64,000 bases of DNA from an uncultured Eubacteriales bacterium (GTDB taxonomy: Bacteria; Bacillota; Clostridia; Lachnospirales; JAISER01): positions 829-64,828 of the forward strand of contig CAZCQP010000007.1 in NCBI GenBank assembly GCA_964500895.1, given 5' to 3'. Shown piece after piece: positions 8,288-16,700 of this stretch (the stretch's first letter is position 1; every line of letters starts with the position of its first letter). A program made the position numbers and the translations under genes. Under the pieces are notes generated by a model. It saw only the letters and a program-made list of their open reading frames with translations. It had not been told where the DNA came from and searched no databases.

Positions 8288-9967
8288 ATGAAAAGATTCA
8301 TCTCCTTTCTGCTTGTGGTCTGCATGGCTGTCACCATGCTGACCACAGGGGCTTGGGCCGCCGATGGGCCGGATGCCGTGTACTACAACGGCAAAGTGGT
8401 CACCGTGGACGCAGACTTTTCCGTGGCTGAAGCTTTCGCCGTGCAAGACGGCAAGTTTGTGGCCGTGGGCACCAATGAAGCGGTGAAGGCATTGGCCGGT
8501 ACCAACACCAAATTGGTGGATTTGGGCGGAAAAACCGTCATGCCCGGTTTGTACGACAGCCATCTGCACTTTATGCGGTATGGGCTCAAGTTTTTGCAAA
8601 TCAACTGCACCGACAAGTCTAAAGAAGCCATTTTAAGTGAAGTTAAGGAAAAAGCAGAAGCTTTGGGCAACACCGAGTTGTGGGTTCGGGGCAACGGCTG
8701 GAATCAAGAGTTGTGGACCAACAATGCCTTCCCCACCAAGGAAGACTTGGACGCTGTGGTCAAGGACAACCCGGTGGCCTTAATCCGAAGCGATAACCAC
8801 ACCCTTTGGGTTAACTCCAAAGCGTTAGAACTGGCCGGCATTACCAAAGATACCAAAGACCCAGATGGGGGCGTCATTCAAAGAGATGCTTCCGGCAACC
8901 CCAACGGCATTTTGGTGGACGCTGCCATGGGTTTGGTGAATGCCATTATTCCGGCATGGTCTGAGGAAGAAAAGGTCATGGCGTATTTAGCCGCCGACAA
9001 GTCCTATTCTCAACTGGGCATCACCACCGTGGACGATGCCGGTGATGAAATTGACATTCCCCTTTTAAAACGGCTGATTGGCGAAGGCCAAGTGAACACC
9101 CGTGTGTATGCGGTGCTGGACAAAACCAAGGCCGACCAATTCTTAGAGGCCAAAACACCTGCGGTGAGCGGATTGCTGGACAACCATTTAAGCATTCGGG
9201 CTATTAAACTGAAAGCAGACGGTGCATTGGGCAGCCGGGGCGCCAAATTAATGACCGACTACTCCGACAAGCCCGGCGAAACAGGCAATACTTTAATCAG
9301 CAAGGAAGAACTGGCCCAGTATGCAGAAAAGGCCCTGGAGCTTGGTTATCAGTTACATATTCACGCCATTGGGGACAAAACAAGCCGTGATGCCCTGGAC
9401 GTGATTGAAGCAACAGTGAAATCTGGTAAAAACCCCAACAACGAACAACGGTTTAGCGTGGTTCATGCCCAGGTGGAATCTTTAAGTGACATTCCCCGTT
9501 ACGGTGAACTGAACGTGCCCGCCCTGATGCAGCCCATTCATGCAACAGGGGATATGTCTATGGCAGAAACCCGGGTAGGGGCATGGCGCATTTTGGGGGC
9601 TTATGCATGGCGTTCCATTACAGATGCGGGAGCCATTGTAGCCGCAGGTTCCGACAGCCCTAACGACTACCTTTCGCCCATGTATGGCATTCATGCTTTT
9701 GTTACCCGCCAAAACCGTGACAATCTGCCCACCGGGGGCTGGTATCCCCAAGAATGCCTAACCTTGGAGGAAGCCATTCAGGCCTACACCATCAATGGGG
9801 CATACGTGAATTTTGAAGAGGACTTGAAGGGTTCCATTGAAGAAGGAAAGCTGGCAGATTTTATCATCCTTTCCGACGACATTTTAACCATCAACCCCCA
9901 AGACATTCACACAATTGAAATTGAAAACACATTTATTGGCGGCAAGGAAGTTTACGCCAAGCCGTAA
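8288..9967 (+). CDS. Secreted metal-dependent amidohydrolase (Amidohydro_3 / YtcJ-like)
   Basis: 559 aa, SD AAAGGAG. It has an N-terminal signal peptide (FLLVVCMAVTMLTTGAWAADG) and the metal ligand motifs DSHLHF, HIHAIGD, VHAQ and AAGSDSP. Confidence 0.8.
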   Translation: MKRFISFLLVVCMAVTMLTTGAWAADGPDAVYYNGKVVTVDADFSVAEAFAVQDGKFVAVGTNEAVKALAGTNTKLVDLGGKTVMPGLYDSHLHFMRYGLKFLQINCTDKSKEAILSEVKEKAEALGNTELWVRGNGWNQELWTNNAFPTKEDLDAVVKDNPVALIRSDNHTLWVNSKALELAGITKDTKDPDGGVIQRDASGNPNGILVDAAMGLVNAIIPAWSEEEKVMAYLAADKSYSQLGITTVDDAGDEIDIPLLKRLIGEGQVNTRVYAVLDKTKADQFLEAKTPAVSGLLDNHLSIRAIKLKADGALGSRGAKLMTDYSDKPGETGNTLISKEELAQYAEKALELGYQLHIHAIGDKTSRDALDVIEATVKSGKNPNNEQRFSVVHAQVESLSDIPRYGELNVPALMQPIHATGDMSMAETRVGAWRILGAYAWRSITDAGAIVAAGSDSPNDYLSPMYGIHAFVTRQNRDNLPTGGWYPQECLTLEEAIQAYTINGAYVNFEEDLKGSIEEGKLADFIILSDDILTINPQDIHTIEIENTFIGGKEVYAKP

Positions 9968-9974
9968 AAATAAA

Positions 9975-10023
9975 AAGGGGCTGTTGCACCACTTATGGGT
10001 GGCTATGTAACAGCCTCTTTTAC
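9975..10023 (+). terminator. Stem-loop after the amidohydrolase gene (terminator candidate)
   Basis: AAGGGGCTGTT...AACAGCCTCTT outer stem with inner CACC/GGTG pairing, followed by TTTA. The U-tract is weak. Confidence 0.4.
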
Positions 10024-10040
10024 AAAGAGAGGACAGCTCT

Positions 10041-10598
10041 ATGGAAGAAAAGTTTTTCGTGCAGTACCTCCAAAATGCAGAAAGCTACCAGCATGTGGCC
10101 ACTGCTGTGTACACCTTGTTTGAGAAAAAATCACTGAAACGGCTGATTTATGTGTTGCTCCCTGTCATTATACTTTTGTTTACCATTCAGCGGCTGGGTA
10201 GCCAGCCACCATGGACACTGGTGCTGACAGGCGTGCTTAGCCTGTTGTTTGGTTTTCTGTTTATCAAGTTTATGGAAAAGCCGGGGGACAGGTTGTTTTG
10301 CCGGTGGTATGCCAAGGCAAGCATTAAACGTGCAGCTAAAGTAGACCTTTTGTGCACCCTTCGCTTTTATGACAGCCATTTTACCGGGGAAAGTGAATTG
10401 GCCACATCACAGGTGCAGTATGGGGCCATCACCCATTTGGCCGAAACAGACAAGTATTTCCTGCTGTTTTCTGGAAAGGTTCTGTGCTATCCGGTGCAAA
10501 AAGCGGGTTTTCAAGTGGGAGTGGGGAATGGGGATGCGTTTAAAGTTTTTATTGAAGAGAAGTGTAACCAAAAGACGGTTTATGTGAAGGTATATTAA
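10041..10598 (+). CDS. YcxB-like membrane protein
   Basis: 185 aa with two central TM helices (LIYVLLPVIILLF, VLTGVLSLLFGFLFI) and a C-terminal YcxB-like pattern (YGAITHLAETDKYFLLF). This is a recognition-level call. Confidence 0.55.
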   Translation: MEEKFFVQYLQNAESYQHVATAVYTLFEKKSLKRLIYVLLPVIILLFTIQRLGSQPPWTLVLTGVLSLLFGFLFIKFMEKPGDRLFCRWYAKASIKRAAKVDLLCTLRFYDSHFTGESELATSQVQYGAITHLAETDKYFLLFSGKVLCYPVQKAGFQVGVGNGDAFKVFIEEKCNQKTVYVKVY

Positions 10599-10623
10599 AA
10601 CAGGTAGTATGATTGTTCACAAA

Positions 10624-10998
10624 CTATTCTCCTGCCCACATTTTGAGCACTTCACCTGTTTTTGAATGTATGGCAATGTTTATATCACCGCCAAGTACAT
10701 TCTCCTTGGAAATATATGAAATAACGTAAATATCCTTATCTGCTATTTTGTGCAGATTTCGTTTTTTATCTTTCAATTGTTCTGGAGTGACATCTAAAAG
10801 CAATAACTCAGCCATCTTTACAGCTGTTTCCGGCTTTATATCAAGTTTGTCTGTAAAATCTCCAACCGAATCATCCCAAGGTAAAGCGTCATCATGTATC
10901 AGATGCACCTGTGTTGTCTCAGTTTTGGCAGATACACATCCGCTGAAATATAGGCTGATGTAAAAAAAGCATACAGTCATAGCTATCCGCTTATACAT
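10624..10998 (-). CDS. Small lipoprotein with an NTF2-fold immunity-protein-like C-terminal pattern
   Basis: 124 aa with lipobox YFSGC. The C-terminus (DIYVISYISKENVLGGDINIAIHSKTGEVLKMWAGE) resembles Imm-NTF2 type proteins. The gene is visibly AT-rich compared with its neighbours. Confidence 0.55.
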   Translation of the reverse strand: MYKRIAMTVCFFYISLYFSGCVSAKTETTQVHLIHDDALPWDDSVGDFTDKLDIKPETAVKMAELLLLDVTPEQLKDKKRNLHKIADKDIYVISYISKENVLGGDINIAIHSKTGEVLKMWAGE

Positions 10999-11035
10999 TT
11001 ACCATGACCTCCTTGTCACTGGAGTGTTTCCTATG

Positions 11036-11077
11036 AAAAACCCCCTGAAAACATGAGCAATTTTTCAGGGGGTTTTT
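11036..11077 (-). terminator. Rho-independent terminator after alaS (symmetrical, potentially bidirectional)
   Basis: AAAAACCCCCTGAAAA (11036-11051) pairs with TTTTCAGGGGGTTTTT (11062-11077), giving a 15-bp stem flanked by A/T runs, 15 nt beyond the alaS stop. Confidence 0.75.
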
Positions 11078-11091
11078 CATTCATATATTCA

Positions 11092-13734
11092 TTAAGCCAG
11101 CATATTTTCCACAGCTTTGCGGGCCAGCTTCAACGCTTCATCAGCCCCGGCGGCATCTTTCCCGCCTGCCATAGCCATGGTGGGCTTGCCGCCCCCTTTG
11201 CCACCAATGGCGGTGACGGCTTCCTTAATGATAGCCCCGGCGTTGACCCCTTGCTTCACCACGTCCTCCGTCACCATCACCAGCATGGTGGCTTTTCCGT
11301 CGTTCATGCCAACCAGCGCCACAACGCCGGACTGCAACTTGTCTTTCACCTTGTCCCCTAAGTCCCGCAGGGCTTCAGTGGCCATGCCTTCCACCTTGGC
11401 GGTGACCATGGTTACGCCTTTTACATCCGCTTTATCGTTCATCAGTGTTTCCACAAGGGAGCCAGCCATTTTTCCACGGGCTTGTTCCAGCGCCTTTGCC
11501 ATGTCCTTGGCATCTTGCAGGTGCTGTTGGGCTTGGGTTAGCAGCTTGTCTGGCGCAGTTTTGAACAATGCGCAAAGCTGTTGTAAGGTTTCCTCGTTCC
11601 GGCGATAGTGGGCCAGTGCCCCAAGGCCGGTTAAAGCCTCAATACGGCGCACCCCAGAAGCAGCACTGCCTTCGGACACAATTTTAAACGTGCCAATTTG
11701 GGCTGTATTGGACACATGGGTACCCCCGCACAGTTCCAGGCTATAGTCACCCATGGCCACCACCCGCACGATGTCCCCGTATTTTTCCCCAAACAAGGCT
11801 GCTGCACCCATTTTCCGAGCTTCTTCCAACGGACGATTGGCAACATCCACAGGGAGGGCGGCCATAATTTGCTCATTCACCATTTGTTCTGCCTGTTGCA
11901 GTTCCTCTTTGGTGACGGCACCAAAATGGGTAAAGTCAAAGCGCAGTTTGTCCCCGGTGACATAAGAGCCGGCTTGTTCCACATGGCTGCCTAAAATTGT
12001 GCGCAACGCCTGGTGGAGCAGGTGGGTGGCGGAATGGTTAGCCGCTGTGGCCCTGCGCAATGGCATGTCGATGCTGGCCGTAACCTTTTGGCCAACGGAT
12101 AAGCTGCCTGTCTGCACCGTGCCTAAATGGGCAAAACGGCCGCCAACCACCTTCACGCAATCTGTCACGGTGACCACATTGCCATTTACGGAAATTGTAC
12201 CTTTATCGCCCACTTGCCCGCCGCTTTCGGCATAGAAGGGGGTTTTGTCCAGCAAAACTGCCACTTGTTCTCCTGCTTTGGCAGTGTCTGCCAACTGGCC
12301 GTTCACCACCAGGGCAATGATTTCTGCACCTTCTACCCTGTTCTGTTCATAGCCGATAAAAGCAGTGGTTTTGTCGGATTGGATTTGACTGTATACGGTT
12401 TCCTTAGCCCCCATAAACGTGGATTCTTCCCTGGCAGAACGGGCACGGTTTTGCTGGGCTTTCATTTCCTGTTTAAAAGCGTCCTCGTCGATGGTCAGCC
12501 CGTCTTCTGCTAAAATTTCAATCATTAAATCTACCGGGAAGCCGAAAGTGTCGTACATTTTAAAGCTTTCCGGGCCGCCCAGTACGGTCTCCCCAGCGGC
12601 TTTTAACTTTTGCACGTAGCCTTTTAAAATCTCCAGCCCTTGGTCCAGCGTTTCATAAAAGCGGGCTTCTTCTATGCTCACCAGCTTGTCAATATAAGCT
12701 TGTTTTTCCTTTAATTCAGGGTATGCGTGCTGGGAAACAGCCACGGCCACTTGGCATACTTCTGCCAGGAAAGGCCGGTCAATGCCCAACAGTTTCCCAT
12801 GGCGTGCGGCCCGGCGCAAAAGCCGTTTCAGCACATAACCCCGGCCATCGTTGGCAGGCAAAATGCCGTCTGCCGTCATAAAAGTAATGGCCCGCACATG
12901 GTCGGTAATCACCCGGATAGACACATCTTTTTTGGGGTCTGCATGGTAGGTTACCCCGGCAATGGCGCACACTTTGTCCCGAATGGCCACTAAGGTGTCA
13001 ATATCAAAAATAGAGTCCACGTCCTGCATCATGGCGGCCAGACGTTCTAAGCCCATGCCGGTGTCAATGTTAGGGTTAGGCAAATTGGTGTAGCTGCCAT
13101 CCTCTTGCTTATTAAACTGTGTGAACACCAAATTCCAAAATTCCATGTAACGGTCGCAATCGCAGCCCACCGTACAGCCTGGCTGGCCGCAGCCGTATTT
13201 TTCACCTTTGTCGTAATAAATTTCAGAGCAGGGGCCGCAAGGACCTAAGCCCACTTCCCAGAAGTTGTCTTCCTTGCCCATGCGGAAAATGCGTTCAGGG
13301 GGCAGGCCGATGGTATTCTGCCAAATGCCGTAAGCTTCATCATCATCCAGATAAACAGAGGCATAAAGCCGGTCTGTTGGAATGTCCAGCTCTTTCGTAA
13401 TAAATTCCCAAGCCCATGTGATGGCTTCTATTTTAAAATAATCCCCAAATGAAAAGTTACCAAGCATTTCAAAAAAGGTGCCGTGGCGCACGGTTTTGCC
13501 CACGTTCTCAATATCCCCCGTGCGGATGCACTTCTGGCAGGTGGTGGCCCGTTTGTTGGGGGGCGTTTCTTGCCCGGTAAAATAGGGCTTTAAAGGGGCC
13601 ATGCCAGAGTTTATGAGCAGCAGGCTGTTATCGTTATGGGGAACCAGGGAAAAGCTGTTCATGCGCAAATGGTTTTTGGTTTGGAAAAAAGCTAAATATT
13701 TTTCTCTTATTTCATTTAGTCCTAAGGGCTTCAT
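11092..13734 (-). CDS. alaS: Alanine--tRNA ligase
   Basis: The track ORF 11092-13845 is trimmed to MKPLGLNEIREKYLAFF (ATG 13734, SD GGAGGAA). It shows FFEMLGNFSFGDYFK, the editing-domain motifs HSATHLLH and CGGTHV, and a C-terminal DHHA1-like domain. 880 aa. Confidence 0.95.
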   Translation of the reverse strand: MKPLGLNEIREKYLAFFQTKNHLRMNSFSLVPHNDNSLLLINSGMAPLKPYFTGQETPPNKRATTCQKCIRTGDIENVGKTVRHGTFFEMLGNFSFGDYFKIEAITWAWEFITKELDIPTDRLYASVYLDDDEAYGIWQNTIGLPPERIFRMGKEDNFWEVGLGPCGPCSEIYYDKGEKYGCGQPGCTVGCDCDRYMEFWNLVFTQFNKQEDGSYTNLPNPNIDTGMGLERLAAMMQDVDSIFDIDTLVAIRDKVCAIAGVTYHADPKKDVSIRVITDHVRAITFMTADGILPANDGRGYVLKRLLRRAARHGKLLGIDRPFLAEVCQVAVAVSQHAYPELKEKQAYIDKLVSIEEARFYETLDQGLEILKGYVQKLKAAGETVLGGPESFKMYDTFGFPVDLMIEILAEDGLTIDEDAFKQEMKAQQNRARSAREESTFMGAKETVYSQIQSDKTTAFIGYEQNRVEGAEIIALVVNGQLADTAKAGEQVAVLLDKTPFYAESGGQVGDKGTISVNGNVVTVTDCVKVVGGRFAHLGTVQTGSLSVGQKVTASIDMPLRRATAANHSATHLLHQALRTILGSHVEQAGSYVTGDKLRFDFTHFGAVTKEELQQAEQMVNEQIMAALPVDVANRPLEEARKMGAAALFGEKYGDIVRVVAMGDYSLELCGGTHVSNTAQIGTFKIVSEGSAASGVRRIEALTGLGALAHYRRNEETLQQLCALFKTAPDKLLTQAQQHLQDAKDMAKALEQARGKMAGSLVETLMNDKADVKGVTMVTAKVEGMATEALRDLGDKVKDKLQSGVVALVGMNDGKATMLVMVTEDVVKQGVNAGAIIKEAVTAIGGKGGGKPTMAMAGGKDAAGADEALKLARKAVENMLA

Positions 13735-13753
13735 AAATTCCTCCGTTTTCAAT

Positions 13754-13792
13754 GTGAATAGTGAATAGTGGATAGTGGATAGTGAATAGTGG
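13754..13792 (-). repeat. Heptanucleotide tandem repeat (CACTATY x5.5 on the coding strand) in the alaS 5' leader
   Basis: Plus strand reads GTGAATA GTGAATA GTGGATA GTGGATA GTGAATA GTGG. It lies between the predicted -10 element and the SD of alaS. Confidence 0.9.
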
Positions 13793-13816
13793 TCACATGG
13801 GCATCGTATTCCCAGT

Positions 13817-13845
13817 ATTATAGTGAAACAATATTTTTTTGTCAA
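13817..13845 (-). promoter_or_regulatory. Consensus sigma-A promoter of alaS
   Basis: On the minus strand: TTGACA (13845-13840), exactly 17 nt, TATAAT (13822-13817). This implies a leader of only about 75 nt. Confidence 0.7.
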
Positions 13846-13989
13846 TTCTCGGAAGGACTTTTTAGCGGATTATTTCAATTTTGTTGTAATAACAACTGAA
13901 ATAAGCGGTGCATTGCATTATAATGGAAGCATAAACGCTGCCTAGAATGGAAAGTCAATAGATATAAACAAGGTGAAGGAGGATAAGTT

Positions 13990-14238
13990 ATGATTTCCAA
14001 TTGCCCAGGTTCGGCTGCCATTAAAGGCACCCCCACCTTAAAATTAAAACAATGCCCCCAATGCGGTGCAGACATTGAAATGTTTTCATCAGACGTAACC
14101 ACCCCCTGTACATGTGGTTTTACGGCGTATAACGACACCCAAACCTGCATTCAATGGTGCCAGTATGCCAGGGAATGTGTGGGGGACGACATTTATAACC
14201 AGTTTCATGCTGCCCGAAAACAGGCAGAGGAAGCTTAA
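13990..14238 (+). CDS. Small cysteine-rich (8 Cys) zinc-ribbon-like protein
   Basis: 82 aa, SD GAAGGAGGA. It contains CPQC...CTC plus CIQWCQYAREC. No family is confidently recognised. Confidence 0.6.
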   Translation: MISNCPGSAAIKGTPTLKLKQCPQCGADIEMFSSDVTTPCTCGFTAYNDTQTCIQWCQYARECVGDDIYNQFHAARKQAEEA

Positions 14239-14316
14239 AATTTCGTCAAAATTTTCCAAAAACCATAGACACCAAGGCTAAGATACTTTATACTCAATGC
14301 ATAAAGCGTAGCGGAG

Positions 14317-15375
14317 GTGGAGGGAACATATCCCGGCATAATGCATGATGTTAAATTACTAGATTTAATTGACGCAAACACTTTACAAAACATTCAGGAT
14401 GCTTTTGCAAACGCAACAGGCATGGCTGCTCTTGCAGTAGATTTGGATGGCCCCATAACCCAATTGAGCAACCCTACTGAGTTTTGCATGAATATAACCC
14501 GTGGTTGCGAAAAGGGTGCGGAACGTTGCAACCAGTGTGACTTAAAGGGTGGGCAAGAGGCCGCCAAAACGGGGCACCCCGCCGTGTATTACTGCCATGG
14601 TGGATTGGTGGACTTTGCAGCGCCTATCTTTCTGGGAAAGAAGCAAATTGGCTCTTTATTGGGTGGGCAAGTTTTAACCGCCCCGCCAGATGAGGAGAAG
14701 TTTCGCCGCATTGCCAGAGAGATTGGCGTGAATGAAGATGACTATGTGCGTGCAGTGCGAAAAATTAAAATTGTGCCTAAAGAATCCATTGATGCTGCGG
14801 CGAACCTGATGTACATCATTGCCAATACACTATCTGAAATTGGATACCAAAAAATGACCACCCAAAGCTTGATTAACGATTTGCTAGCCGCTTCGGACAG
14901 CATTCGGAATAAGATTGTTATAGCCTTCGAGTCCATTCAGCAATGCGGAAAACAAAATGCTTCTTTGGTTGAAAACATTGATGGCCTGATGCAGTCGATT
15001 CAGCAGTCTTTGAAGGAAATTGACAAAACAGACGGCGTTGTGAAGGTGCTGAACAACATTTCCATGCAAACCAAGCTGCTGGGTTTTAACGCTTCCATTG
15101 AAGCAGCCAGAGCAGGCCAGCACGGGGCTGGGTTTGCCATTATTGCCCAGGAAATAAGAGAATTGACTGCAAGCAGCGAAAAGGAATTTGACAATATTGA
15201 ATCCATTGTAGGGGTCATCAAGCAAGACATCCTGGCCATTAACAACGAAATGCAAAAAACCAGTGACAATGTGCAAGATACATACCAGTCGCTCAACACC
15301 GCCAAAACGATTATCAGTGAGATAAACAATGAAACCGATGTTTTAAAATCTTTCGGAGATAAATTTGGTGTTTAA
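14317..15375 (+). CDS. Soluble chemoreceptor: PocR sensory domain fused to a short methyl-accepting chemotaxis signalling domain
   Basis: PocR-type Cys/His region (FCMNITRGCEKGAERCNQCD...YYCHGGLVDF) and MCP hairpin tip (NASIEAARAGQHGAGFAIIAQEIRELT). No TM or HAMP segment was seen. Start is uncertain: GTG 14317 in the track, or ATG 14341. Confidence 0.8.
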   Translation: MEGTYPGIMHDVKLLDLIDANTLQNIQDAFANATGMAALAVDLDGPITQLSNPTEFCMNITRGCEKGAERCNQCDLKGGQEAAKTGHPAVYYCHGGLVDFAAPIFLGKKQIGSLLGGQVLTAPPDEEKFRRIAREIGVNEDDYVRAVRKIKIVPKESIDAAANLMYIIANTLSEIGYQKMTTQSLINDLLAASDSIRNKIVIAFESIQQCGKQNASLVENIDGLMQSIQQSLKEIDKTDGVVKVLNNISMQTKLLGFNASIEAARAGQHGAGFAIIAQEIRELTASSEKEFDNIESIVGVIKQDILAINNEMQKTSDNVQDTYQSLNTAKTIISEINNETDVLKSFGDKFGV

Positions 15376-15388
15376 TCAATCAAGCACG

Positions 15389-16030
15389 CTACATCGATTC
15401 GTCACTGGTCATCACAATTAACACACCGTCGTCGATTTGTATATTGGCTTTATCTCCGGTAAACACATTGCTTACCCCACGGGATTGCCCCATGGCCAGC
15501 GTTTCTTGGCGCAAAGGGTAGGCCAAGCCCTGGGTGGAGATGCCTGTAACCTGGCTTGTTAAAGGAATCAAAGACAGCAAATCTCCTTTTTTGCCATCTA
15601 TTGTGACGGTGCTGTCCGTTAAACAGATGCAGTGGTTTTCATTGATAAGAAAGGCCGGGACACCAGCCTTTAATGCGTGGTGCAGCACGTGAATGTTGGC
15701 CAACGTATGGTCCAGCCGGCTACCGATGCCGCCCAAAATATAAATGGCCGTAGGATTGTGCCCCAAAGCATGTTCTACGGCCAGTTCCATGTCTGTATAG
15801 TCTTTATGGGTGGGGTAGGGGACAATTTGAATGCCCTGTGCCCCATAGCTTTCCAACATGGCCGGGTTTACAGAATCAAAATCCCCCAAAATCATTTGGG
15901 GGGTTAAATTCAAGGCTTTGGCATGGCGTAACCCGCCGTCACAACACAACAGCATATCATAGCCGGGCACTTTGGCCATACAGCGCTTGTAATCCTCAAT
16001 GTGACCATTGGCCAAAATAAGTACCTTCAT
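15389..16030 (-). CDS. thiN: Thiamine pyrophosphokinase
   Basis: Track ORF trimmed to MKVLILANG (ATG 16030), directly abutting the rpe stop. ILGDFDS and the C-terminal thiamine-binding domain pattern are present. Confidence 0.85.
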   Translation of the reverse strand: MKVLILANGHIEDYKRCMAKVPGYDMLLCCDGGLRHAKALNLTPQMILGDFDSVNPAMLESYGAQGIQIVPYPTHKDYTDMELAVEHALGHNPTAIYILGGIGSRLDHTLANIHVLHHALKAGVPAFLINENHCICLTDSTVTIDGKKGDLLSLIPLTSQVTGISTQGLAYPLRQETLAMGQSRGVSNVFTGDKANIQIDDGVLIVMTSDESM

Positions 16031-16031
16031 G

Positions 16032-16700
16032 CTATGCCTCCCATTGTTTAAAGTGCTTGTAAAAATCTTCCACAGCAACCGCTGCATTTTCTGCCTGAAA
16101 TACGCTGGAACCTGCAACCACCACGTTCACACCGGCGGACAGTACATCTTTTAAGTTGTGCAAATAGATGCCCCCGTCCATCTCAATGTCTAGGGTTAAG
16201 TTTGCTTTAGCCACATGGTTGGCTAGCACTTCCGCTTTCTTTAAGCAGTGGGGCAATAAACTTTGCCCGCCGAAGCCCGGTTCCACACTCATGATTAAAA
16301 CCATGTCTAAAAGGTGCAAAACTGGGTACACCACTGCAATGTCTGTGTTGGGTTTCACAGTGACCGCAGCGGCCTTACCCAAGGCTTTTATTTTTTGCAG
16401 TATGGTTTCTAAGCCATTGCCACAAGCTTCCACATGTACATTTAAAATATCTGCCCCTGCCTTGGCAAAGGGCTCTAGCAAAGTCTCTGGGTTGTCTACC
16501 ATTAAATGCACATCAAAAACCATGTTGCTTACAGGCCTTAGTGCCTTCACCACAGGGGGGCCAAAGGTTAAATTGGGCACAAAATGCCCGTCCATAATGT
16601 CCAAATGCAAATAATGGGCGCCGGCCTTTTCTATGGTGGCTATTTCATCTGATAACCGAGCAAAATTAGCAGCCAAAAGGCTGGGTGCAAGTTTATACAT
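16032..16700 (-). CDS. rpe: Ribulose-phosphate 3-epimerase
   Basis: 222 aa with HLDIMDGHFVPNLTFGP and MSVEPGFGGQ motifs. Confidence 0.95.
   Translation of the reverse strand: MYKLAPSLLAANFARLSDEIATIEKAGAHYLHLDIMDGHFVPNLTFGPPVVKALRPVSNMVFDVHLMVDNPETLLEPFAKAGADILNVHVEACGNGLETILQKIKALGKAAAVTVKPNTDIAVVYPVLHLLDMVLIMSVEPGFGGQSLLPHCLKKAEVLANHVAKANLTLDIEMDGGIYLHNLKDVLSAGVNVVVAGSSVFQAENAAVAVEDFYKHFKQWEA

Noticed and set aside
13754-13792. Possibility that the short tandem repeats in this window (the heptamers here, the decamers at 25685, the 34-mers at 45925) represent a CRISPR array.
   Set aside because: The units are contiguous with no unique spacers, far shorter than or unlike CRISPR repeats, and no cas genes are present.
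11117-13845. Antisense ORFs within alaS (11117-11608 +, 12127-12513 + and others) and the 37-codon N-terminal extension of the alaS track ORF.
   Set aside because: AlaRS homology is unambiguous on the minus strand. The extension would translate through the promoter and the heptamer repeat and has no SD, whereas ATG 13734 has GGAGGAA.
13735-13850. A T-box riboswitch upstream of alaS (and likewise upstream of leuS at 34253-34297).
   Set aside because: The leaders are only about 75 nt and at most 45 nt long. There is no T-box sequence (AAnnnGGGTGGnACCGCG-like), no specifier hairpin and no terminator/antiterminator.
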